Assembly (NCBI GenBank): GCA_036172245.1
Contig: JAYWIR010000023.1
Coordinates: 2,914,001-2,978,000 of the forward strand
Direction of reading: 5' to 3'
Origin: Raillietiella orientalis
Taxonomy: Eukaryota
DNA: 64,000 nucleotides
The notes below the pieces were generated by a model that saw only the letters and a list, made by a program, of their open reading frames with translations, made no database searches and was not told the origin of the DNA. This document shows, one piece after another, positions 11,201-21,900 of the stretch (position 1 is its first letter; each line of letters starts with the position of its first letter). The position numbers and the translations under genes are program-made.

Positions 11201-14200
11201 CGCACGCTCGCACGCACTCACGCTCGCATGCAGGCTGGCTGGCTCCTTCCGAGGGACGAAATTCATTTTCCGCGCGCGCGCCCGTGGTGCGGCTGAGCAC
11301 TAGCTCGCGGATTGGGCATGAGCGGGCAGCCCCCATCTGTTTACCTTGCCATCATGGGCCCTTATAATAGCAACAATCGAGGAACCCGGAGGCAATAACA
11401 CTCGAGAGCGCAGCGTAGTCCCGGTCTCGAAGCGCGGCCGAGGTCCGCGGGCGTCGTTTGCGGGGGTGAGTCTGCACGCCTTGGACCGCGCGTCCCAACA
11501 CCTCATCGAAGAGTGTCGATTCATCCGGGCTGATTAACCCGCTTGCTCAGGGGGAGCTGCCGGAGGGTGGAAGCGCACGGAGACGGTCCCACGGCAGAAG
11601 CGAAGCGGTGATGAGCGTTGCAAGGGAAGGAAGGACTTGTTCCCCTTCGTCTCCCCGTTCTCGCAGCACTGGACCCCTTCCCCCACCATCCTCTGAACCC
11701 TCGTTAACCCGTGCAAGAGGGAGATGCCGAGAAGATGAGAAAACAAGGCGAAAAACAAAAAGAAACGAGAAGGGGCGGGGGGGGGGCATTTCCCCATCCA
11801 CGGGATTCATCCACGAAAAATCGGATTCCTCAGCTGCGCCGTGGCTGCTCTCGGAAAGCGACCGATCCTGGAGGAGTGACTCAGAAAAAAGAGAGAGAGA
11901 GAAAGAAGGAGAGAAAGAAGAAAGAGGAACTGAAAAATCGACAGGGGCTCTGTCTCCTCGAAATTACCAGATTGACCGCCACCACCACCAGGGAACGAAT
12001 GTCCCGGGAGCGTGCGACTCGCAGCACCCTTGCTGACCTCCTCGCAGGGCTCCTCTTCTTGCCGTGCGAAGAGGAGGTTGTTTATGGCGGGAGTGCACAT
12101 CGCGCTGGTACTTCCAGAAGAGCCGGCAATTCGGACGCCGAATTGCCCTCATCTGCGACAAAACGGTCCGAATGCTGACGGCGCTAACGATGTTTAATGC
12201 CCTTTAGCGTGCGGCACCACCACTCGTTTACGAGGAAACTGGGAATGCCCTCGCATCGGCAGGCTCGTCGGGACGTCTGTCCTGGAAAAAGAGGGCGAAC
12301 CGAGTCTGCACTGCGGGAAGAGGGGGGAAGGGGTTCCACGAGGCCGCCCAACGACCACTGAGAAGGATCGAGACCCTGGTCCAGGAAACCGTTCCTTCCC
12401 CGCTCCCGTTTCCACAGCCTCCTGGCCCTACCCTTTTGTCTTCCGGAACCTCAAGCGGCTGCCGTTGATCTGGCTAGTAGCGCCCTCCTGGTGGAGGGTC
12501 CGAAATCTCTTTGTACTGACTTCTCTCAATCCGAAGATGGCGCGAACGCGTTGTTGCCTCTTCCTGAGAGCTTGTTCCCTAGAAGGGATAAATCCCGGTC
12601 GTCGAATTCAGAGACACAGGAAGATCAAGTTCTCTGGAAGAACTTTGGAAGAGAGATCTTCCTTTTTGTGGTTCTCCAGGTGCTCAAGAGTCGGGTTGCT
12701 TCACCCCGTGGAGCATCGGGATGACTCGGCAGCGCCTCCGCGAAGGGAGTTCTCCCACCGCGGCGCCCCCAAGGGCGTTGGATCCCGAAAGGTCCGTACA
12801 CAAGCTCCTGACTGCTAGCCAGGAGGGCGTCCGCCTCCGTGCACGCGAGCGCGTCCTTCCGATTCCCGAAGCCATCTTGGCGACACAAGTTGACACTGGA
12901 AACCCGTGATGCGCCCAGCCCGGCGAACATGCTTGCGAGAGTGTTTGAACCCGCGGCGCGGTCGCCGTGGCCTCCACGGGTGCATACCGCCTTGCAGTGC
13001 CGCTGCTCCTGCTGCTCACTGGCAGCTGGGCAGTCATAGGAGGGCAAGCTGCCGTGACCTCGCTCGCCAAGACTGTCACAGGAAATTTACGGAGCCACGC
13101 AGCGAATTTCCCAGACACTCGACGACCGTGGTCCTTTGCCCTTTCGAGTGGCCTTCCGCCCGACCCTTTCGCGTGCCGGGTGGAGGAGAAGGCCGTGCAA
13201 TCCGGACGCCGGCTGCCGCTGCGACTTCCTTCCGCCCTCCCTCATCCTCCCCCTTCCCTCCTTCCTTGTTCACCCACCGGCGCGACTCGCCGTCGAACCA
13301 TCGGACCATCCTCCTCCGAGCAGTAGGGAAGAGAAAGGCGTCTTTGGCCTGTGACGAGACGCCGCTTCCCAGGCGCTGCCTCGACACCTGTCGGCGTGGA
13401 CGGGTGGGAGGCTCAGAGACAACGCACATCGACAGCGGTCAGCGGTGAGCCAAAGGAGATACCTCCGGCGGAGGAAAGGGAGGCCTAGCGACAGGATCGG
13501 GGAGATCTTGCACGGCAATGAAAAGAGCTCTGCGCGGTTTCCTCCCTCGCATAGCGCCGCCTATCCCGCATCCGAGAGAGAGCATTCCTCCTCTCCGATT
13601 TCTGGCTTGGAAGGAGAGGGAGGGGAGGGAAATCCAAAGACGCGCCAGCAGGAAGACGATTCGTCCCGAACTCCTGAGAGAAGAAGGTGCGGAAGCAATA
13701 GCCTTCTCTCCCCCTTTCATCTTTTCTTTTCCTTCGGGACTGCGAGAGAGCGCCCCGTGTGTTCACTACTCCTGTTCAGTCAGGATGCTTCCATGAAACA
13801 GAGGCCGCCAAACCTTCCCACGCGACGCGGAGTCGGCGTCGGCCTCCGTCGGCAGGCCAAGGCACGCAGGGAACACATGAGGCGCTCATCTTCCAATTAA
13901 GGGAAAATGAGGATGTTGGAAGATACACACATACACACACGCACAAACACGAGCGCTTTCAGCATCTGCTCGGAGTCTGTGCATCTCATCGGCCGGGATC
14001 CTCACCGGCCTCCCCCCCCCATTCCTCGGCGAAGAGCGTGAAAAGTGGTTCAATTATTTGCTCGGAACAAGAGCTTCCCGGCTGCTCTCCTCCTAATGAA
14101 TCCTCCGCGAGCTCGACGAGTTAATTGTAGACCGTTTTCGCAGAAGACAATAATGACACAACCTCCCGTCTGAAGGCGCCAAGCGCTCCCGCCGCCGAAT

Positions 14201-14225
14201 GGAATGCGCGGCGTCGGCGGCACGC

Positions 14226-14228
<3 letters not shown>

Positions 14229-14260
<32 letters not shown>
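14229..14260. repeat. (TG)16 microsatellite
   Basis: Directly visible; runs into CGCGCG, extending the alternating purine-pyrimidine tract. Confidence 0.97.
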
Positions 14261-14266
<6 letters not shown>

Positions 14267-14526
14267 CCCGCCGCGGGCTCGAATCAGCTGACCCGAGGAT
14301 GACACCGCACGTCCACCCCATTCCGAAAAATCTACATCGATTATTCGGGAACCCTGCTCGCTCACTCTCCATCTCTGTCTTCTGCCAGCCTCCTCCTCCT
14401 CGGCGGAAGGCGGACATCGTGGCCTCGTCCCAGGCGACGATCTGGCGTCTTCGCGGAAAATTTGCAATCCCGCCTCCGCTGAAAGAAAGGAACGCTCTCC
14501 TTCCCCTCCCCCTCCCCTTCCTCGTT

Positions 14527-14537
14527 TGATTTACGAC
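14527..14537 (+). promoter_or_regulatory. Pbx/Exd-posterior Hox composite binding motif
   Basis: TGATTTACGAC matches the known PBX1-HOXA9-type consensus. This is a motif match only, with no functional evidence. Confidence 0.3.
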
Positions 14538-15446
14538 GGAGGATGCGCCGGTCGCAAAGCCTTGACGAGTAGTACGCACGTAGGGAGACGGGAGGGGAGG
14601 GAAGGAACATTCCCCTTTCCTTCCTCAAAAAGGAGACTGGAAAAAAGAGGAGGAGGAAAGGGGGAGAGGCGAACCAGGACGCGCTGACAGGTCGGAGGGG
14701 ATGCTGTTTTCTTTCCGCGCACCCATGGCTTCTATGCGCTCTGTCCGAAGGCCGTGGGAGGGAAGCAGAAGAGAGTTGAGCCGTGGATGCCATCGCCAAC
14801 GCGACCCTCACTTCCTTCGGGTCATCAAGAGGCAAAGGGCACCCGGTGGAAGGGGAGCCAATCCCCCCTTTTTCTCCCTCGCCCCCGCACGTGAGAATCC
14901 TCGCGGACGCGGACACCCGAGAAAACGATGAAAACAGGGCGCGCCGGGGCCATCACGGAAAGGGTGGTGCCAGGAAAAAAACGTGACGGCGCGTCCGCGT
15001 AAGTGTGGACGGAGCATCAAGGGGTCCCCCGATGTTCGGGGGATCTTTTCCTCCCTGTCCTGACTCCTTACCGGAAAGCGGATAGCGTACGTGCGCTCGC
15101 GCGTGCTCTCCTCCCGCGCCCAAGAGAGAAAGCTGGGAGCGGCGCCGACCGGCAGGCGCGTTTGCGCCTCGCGCCGACCGGTCGCCGGCCGCGGGGAGAA
15201 AGAGCCAGATCGGGGGAGGGGCAGGCGGAAGAAGCAGTACCCTCAGCGCCACCCCCGCCTGAGGGATTCTCCGGTTCGGCCTGGCCTGGGGCTGTGTCGC
15301 GTGCACTCCCCCTCCGTCCTTCCGCTAGAGGCGGCTGCGGCGGCGCGCTCCATATGCATGGGGTGTTCCGTGAGCAATCCTCACCGCCGCCACCCGCTTC
15401 CTCTCGAAGCCATCGGACCGAGACGAGGCGCGGAATGCACGGGAAT

Positions 15447-15454
15447 CGGCGGCG

Positions 15455-15486
<32 letters not shown>
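15447..15486. repeat. (CGG)n trinucleotide repeat with one interruption
   Basis: CGGCGGCGA followed by ~10 CGG units. Confidence 0.95.
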
Positions 15487-16442
15487 AGCGACGGGCGGAT
15501 GGCGACGAAGATTCTTTTTTCTTTTTTTGTTTTCTTCTTCTGCTGATTCTCTCCCTCCCTCCCTCCCCCCCCCCCCTCTCTTTTTTTGCTTCCCCGCGAG
15601 CCCCTTCGATCGGAGAGCTGAGAGAGGAAGCTGCATCGCTGGCGGCAAGAGAGAGCGCTCGCGCGGTCTTCTTACGCGGCGAAGAGAGTGAACGTTTGGA
15701 GGAAGAGGGAGGAGGAGGAGGTGAAGTGGGGAGGGGTTTTTTGCCTGGCTGAGAAAGGGGGGGGGGGATTCCCCTCTCTTGTGGCTCCTTCCGGAGTCTC
15801 CGAACTCCACTGCTCGAGTCCGTTCCCTTTCTCCCATCTGCTGCCGCCGTCGCCCTTCTCACCGAGAGTCTCTCTTGCCGGCCGGCCGAGCGCGCACCGT
15901 CCTCCCCACGCACCCACGCACCCACCCACCCGGCGGCAGCGCCGGCGCACTCGCCCGATCGAAGAATCCGACCTTTCCGTTACTCCCCCTCCTTCCTCGC
16001 TCGCTCCCCTGTCTTCCGGACGCCTCCTCCTTCTCCCGGGAACGTATGATTAGGTGAGCCACACCTTGAGCGCGCGCGCGCCCGTGAACGGCGATGGCGA
16101 CTTCTTCCTCTTCTTGTTCTCTCGTCCCCTCCTCCTCCTCCCGCGCAGAAACACGAGCGATCCCTCCGCTTTCGGTGGCGAGATTTCACCTCGCGCGCGC
16201 GTCGCCGCCTGCCCGGTCCGGGAGGAAGAATTTTCGCGCCGCCGCCGGCACGCCATTGCGCCATATGTTGACTCGGAAGTGCCACGCCGCGCGCGGGTTT
16301 TTCCCCGGCGACGAGGCCTCCTTATCTCGGGGGTGCATCGGGAGCAAGACGGATGGGCGAGTTTTTCGCGCTTCGCCATCTGATGCGGCTCCACGGCGAC
16401 AAGAGCGCGCTCTCCTCCGTGCCGCGAGCGAGGGAGAGAGCT

Positions 16443-16447
16443 AAAAA

Positions 16448-16480
<33 letters not shown>
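16443..16480. repeat. Poly(A) plus (GA)12 microsatellite
   Basis: Directly visible. Confidence 0.95.
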
Positions 16481-18611
16481 AAGAAAGAGAAAAGACAAAA
16501 AAAAAAGGGGGGAAAACGCACGCACGCACGAGCCCGAGAGAACGCATACATCGGAGGTGCCGCTCGCGACGGCGGCGCGCGTCACTCGCGTAGCCCCCCG
16601 CGCTCACGGGGAAGGGAAGGATGGGTAGAGGGTAGGAGGAGAGGAGGATCGCACGACTCCTCTGCTGCCCCCGCCACTCTCCCTGCCGGGGCGCCTCTTT
16701 TGGACCCTATGGCTCCCTTGCCTCCTCCTCTCCTTTGGTCGCCTCCGAAGATCGTCGATGGCAAAGAGCTTTCGGCGGCACCTCTGAGGACTCCTCCTCA
16801 GGGTCGTCATGAGTCCTCTCCATCGATTCTTCCCTCCAAGGGATCCTGCTCTTTTCTCTCCTTCCCCTGCCCCTCCCCTTCCTCGCTCAGGAAGAGCTGC
16901 GGGCTCCAGGAAGAACCAGAGTAGCTTTCGGGTGACTAAGAACCCCCCTTGACGGGACCCACTTCTCCAGAAACGTCTTCGCCACGTACGATAACGCCGC
17001 CTTCCAGGCTCTCCTACGAAATCCCATCCCTTTCCCCCTGCCTCCTGGAGAGTGAAAGAAGAAGAGGAAGACGAATGCGGACGCTGTGCTGCAGCAGATG
17101 CGTCTTTCCCGAAGAGGCGCGTTTTCTCACCCGTCTTGGGGGCAGCAGCACCGGGTTCCAGGTAGCATCCAAGAGGACTCTTGAAAGACGCGGACCTGCC
17201 AATGGGGAAGGAGAGAGAGAGACGCCGAGGCTGCAGCATCCGATGAGCACTGGCACTTTCCGGAAGCTCTCTCCTTCCTTTCCATATCCTCGCCCCCAAG
17301 CCATCCTCGAGGCACGAGGAAGATTCCCTCTGGCGCCCCTTTCCTGGTCCTCCCCTTAGTCTGTCGATTCCCGAAAGACGGAAGCGCCGACGGAAGGACA
17401 AGACTTTCCGAGCTCCCAGGGGCAGCTGAAACGCAGAGCCGGAACGGGGACCTTGGGGGTGCCGATCCAGGGATCCCCAGAGCCAGAATAACCACGGCCT
17501 CCCTGCTTGCAAAGCAGCAACTTGTTCGCGGACGAGTGTCGCCCTCGGTATCCAGGCGACATCTCGCCGCTTGCGAAGAGGCAAAGGTGAGCGCTCTTGA
17601 CTGCCCTCTCGGCTGCTCGCTTCTACGCGATCCCGAACAGCGGCAGCAGCAGCATCCGGAAAGGAGGACTTCGGGAGAAGGAGGAGGAGGAAGCGGGGGG
17701 TGGAGGGAGAGAGATGTCGAGAACGCTGGGGGGACGCGCACTTGCTGGGAGGAAGGGAAGGGGACGCGTCACAGGGGCGAGGGGATGCGGCTGCTTCCTC
17801 TCTCGTCCGGAGGGTGGCCGCGAGACGACGTGATCCCTGCCGCCAGAATCGGCGGGCGATCCAAAGGGGGAGGGGGTGGGTGGGAAGAAAAGCCTCCTTT
17901 TTCAGAGCGCTCACCCCCCCGCAAGAGCGAATACGAGGCCTGCGCCGCTCCGCTCTTGGCGTCCGAGGGGCCGGAAGGCGAGGTACCCCACTGCCCAGGG
18001 TTCCGTCTGGGAAAGAGTTGGAGCAGCGAGGAGAGCCGCTGAGAAACTTCGGCCGCTCTCGTCTGCGGCCGGCGGCCATCCCCGCTCTCGCGCCCAGGAT
18101 GACGGCCGGAGCAGACGGCAGCCGAGAGGCGGCAGGGAATCGTTTCCCTTGCGGGTGCCTTGCGGACGGCTGGGGAGGGATCTGGCAGGATGAACACGGC
18201 GGTTACCCACCCCGCTCCCATCCCGCCAAGATGCGCCGGAGATAACCGTTTATCTCGCCTTCTAAGGACCAGCTGCTAATTTTTCTTAGTCCGGTAGTCA
18301 GCTCCCCGAGTTTGTCCTGAGTCTCCACGTCGAACTCAGCCGGGCGAATAGGTGCGCCCTATTCTAATTGCGCCACGAGAAACGAACGAGTTGCGGCGCG
18401 AATGCGCGCGCATTTTCTTTTTTCCTTTTTTTTTTTTGTCTACTTTCAGCCTACTGAGATGCATCTCAGGAGGCCGAGAGAACGATCGACAGCTCATGAC
18501 GAGTTGATGTGGTCCTCACAGTCACCCTGAATCCGTGCGCGCGCGTCGAGTTTTCATGGCTGCTGACGCTAAGTGACCGTGCGGCGAAAATTCCAGTGGC
18601 GTCTCGGCGTG

Positions 18612-18895
18612 TAATAATTTAACCCCAAATTATTTTAGAATTAATTAAAATAAATAAATCTTCATTACTACATAAAAATAACTAATTAATCCAAACACTT
18701 TAAAGATAAAACTTAAAATCTCCACCTCATTCTAATTACTACTACTACTTCACAGAAACCATATTTCACTCATAAACTTTAGAAAACCAACATTAACTTA
18801 AAATTAAAATCTTATAATATCTCCAAACTACGCAACCCAATAATACATTACTAAACATACTTCTCATACTAACATAAGCAAATTCAACTATATTT
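18612..18895 (-). pseudogene. Mitochondrial-like island (candidate degenerate NUMT; weak nad4L/nad5-like peptide fragments)
   Basis: Abrupt AT-rich block with only 6 G in 284 nt on the + strand, a skew typical of arthropod mtDNA. With the invertebrate mitochondrial code the minus strand gives fragments in different frames: SLEML, FCEVVVVISM and WGGDF (nad4L-like), and FLKFMSEMWFL and MKIYLF (nad5 C-terminal-like). There is no continuous frame. Confidence 0.4.
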
Positions 18896-18946
18896 GATGG
18901 GTTAAATAAAATGATTGCTATGCGTAAGGAAATATAGTTGAATTTG
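18879..18946. repeat. Perfect 17-bp inverted repeat with 34-nt spacer
   Basis: CAAATTCAACTATATTT (18879-18895) and its reverse complement AAATATAGTTGAATTTG (18930-18946). Confidence 0.95.
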
Positions 18947-21900
18947 GTCCCCCCTTGGGTTTCCACCTGAGACACCTCGGCAGCCAGCGCGAGTACCTGA
19001 GCTCCCCCACGGCAACCGGAAGAATCCTGAGAGCAAACTCGCAGTCGTACCCATCCCTCGTCCGCGCATGTCTTCTTCCGACGGTGATCCGCTCTAGCGT
19101 CGGGATTTGATCCTTTCCGGAGAATTTCTCCCTTTCGTGCCAATCACTTTCCCTCACCCTCTCCGCGTGTTCCAGGGGGCGAGTCCCTGGAATCGCTCCG
19201 GTTGTGCTTGGTCCCCGGATTACCCGCTCACCGGTGACCCCAGTCCAGGAAATCCGACCCCTGCAGAATTCAACCTTTCGGTATCTCTGCACTGTTGCCT
19301 CCCTTTCCTTTCTTTCCCTGATGGCTATTCCGGGAGGTCCTTCGAACCTCCTGGAATTCATTCCCAACCAATGCTAATGACGGACGCTGTCTCAGTTATG
19401 GACTCGTCATCGGCCGGCCGCTCTTGAGCACTTCCCATCTTCCTGGGAGCGCTGGAGCTTCTTGAGCCGCACACGGCTCGAGGACGACGTTCCCACCCGC
19501 TTCGGAAGCAGTCCGTCGCAAGAAGTCGAGAACGCCTCTCCGAGGATACTTGCGACCAGAGTTTGGGTGATTTTCCGAAAGCAGCAGCACCTGTGCTGCT
19601 GCTTCTTTTCTTTTCTTTTTTTTTTTCATCACCTACTCTTGTCTCTCCAAGATTCATTTTCACTTTCATCCACCGTGCGCAAGGCAACTTGAATCAAAAC
19701 CAGCAGTCATCTCTCATTTCCAAAAGTCACCTGTCCATCACTCGGAACATTCGAGAGACTCTGAATTTCTCCTGCAGAAGGGTTCCACGAGGTCTCCTCT
19801 TTTCTTTTCTTTTTTTTTGTCTAATCGGCCGATTCTCTCCCTCATTAATCACATTAAGATATTCCATTACGTCTGTCGCTAGCTGGTTCCTAGCCGTAAT
19901 CCGAATCCGACCTGGTGCCAGCAGCAGTGCCTGTCATTTCTTGGAGAACTTTTCGGTCATCGTGTATCCCTTCCCTGTGGATCTCGTACTCTGGCGATCG
20001 ATTCGTGAATGATTCATCAGACATGGGCATCCCCCTACCCAAGTTTGCATACCATGGACCCCATCACTCCTGGTTTTTTAAACGGATCGAGTTACATGCT
20101 TGATAGACCGATGTCATTAATATTTGCATAGCCCTTTGTTGGATGGAAGTGCCGCTCGGATGGCGAGGGCAGCATTCGAACGGTCCCCCTCCCTACCTGG
20201 AAATCGGTCGCATCAACTGATTGACTTCTTGCATCCATCAGGTTGCTTGCACGCAGTTCCTCCGATCCTTCTATCTCCCACCTCAGGGCTTCCGTTGACT
20301 TCTTTCAGCTGATCCAACTTGGTGAAAACTATCGCCACTTATTACGTCACTTATTATCTTGGTATGGTCACCAGAGCATCATCGGTTGACACTACTTTCT
20401 CTTCGACAAAGTGTCTCTGTCCAGCAGAATCTCTCGATGTATTGTGCATCCCTCACAAGACCGATCTGAGCGCCGCCTTGAGAAGAAGGAACCCTGGTCT
20501 CCCTTACGAAGCTCCACTTTCACAATTAATAGGTGCAAGAAATCCCGTCCTTACTTTTCAGAAGGTGAACGTGTGGGTTCCGAACGCCGAGCCCTCTTCC
20601 TCAACAGAATCGTCAATACCTTCATCTGGGCATCCCCATCTCGAAAAATGAAGATGAAAATCTGCAACACGGAGACTGGTGACCGACTGCTGTCTGTCTA
20701 GCTCCGCAACACATCCGGCCGGGAGTTACGATTTTCGGCAGCGCAGGATGGGGTGCTGTTGAGATCGTTCGTGTGCGCGTAGGTGGCGTTTTCTCCGAAA
20801 ACAATTCTTAGAAAATTCTCTTTCTCCACCCACCGTATCATGTGGCCTCTTCGAGGAGGATTTGGAACATTCTCGAGGCCTCGTGCTCCTGGTGGCGCTC
20901 CCTTCAAGGTCTTTGAACTTCTCCCACTGGAGATTTCTCAACTTAATAAGTTCCCGTACAGTTTGGCGGGACATCATCTCGCTTCACAGGAATGAGCGAT
21001 CTTCTTGACCTTGAAGCGTTGACACGCATTGCCGCAGACCCGGACTTGTGAAGCTGAGAGAATCTTCACCCACTGATTAGCTTCCTGTGGATCAAGCGGC
21101 AACAGTGACCGACCGAGATCAACGATCAGAAAGCAGCTCTGGCACGTTCGGATCCGCCGTTGACCTCAAAAGTGCAATGCAGGATTTTCTCTTCCGCGTT
21201 CGGAAAGATCGATAATGAGCACCAGCAGAGACAGATCTGGAGTTGCTTGCCTGCACTCCTGTTCTTGTCCGGAGGAAACTCGTTTCTCGGTTGGATCTTC
21301 TTGCTTGGCTGCATTTGAGGGCCTCGCGAGAAACTCGATTTGCACGTCGACTTGCTCACCTGACTTGACCTCGAGCTACGATGCATTTTCGCTCTTGAAT
21401 CCTCACATCTTTCCTTCTCCGTTGAATGCCAGTCGGCAGCTGCCCATTCTCCATCGTATTGAACGGGCACTGTCCCTCAGCACGGATGGCTATTCCCTAG
21501 GCCGTGCTCAGCAGAGAGAGCTCCAAGCGGATTCTCCTCGAATAGAGAAGCTCCAGTCTGTGAGTGGCTTCCAGTTGCGCTCTTCTTTGCCGAAGAACTC
21601 ACCCGGCAGTCTGGGAATTTTCCTTCTCATTTCCAAGATGCAAATCCAGAATCCGCCGACTCCATTTTCGGGGCGAATCCTCGAATCCCAACTCCTCGGG
21701 ATGCAGCAACCTCCTGTGGTTCTGATGGAGCTCAAGACCACAAAGAGGTTGGTGCTCAAGTCTTGTTTGAATTATTCGTCGGTTTCTGGAGAACAACAGA
21801 CGCCTTCAGCTCAGACTTTTTATGCTGTCACCAAAGATACGTCTGAATAAGACTTTGAAAAATGGATTTTCCTTTTTAAGAACGACCTCTCTCTCTCTCT

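Noticed and set aside
16604..18079. Longest ORF in the track (491 aa, minus) and overlapping plus-strand ORFs
   Set aside because: Arg/Pro/Ser/Gly-rich with no domain, and long ORFs overlap in several frames, as expected from stop-codon scarcity at high GC.
18612..18895. Bisulfite-converted read as the cause of G depletion
   Set aside because: Five of the six residual Gs are in AG rather than CG context, which does not fit conversion that spares CpG.
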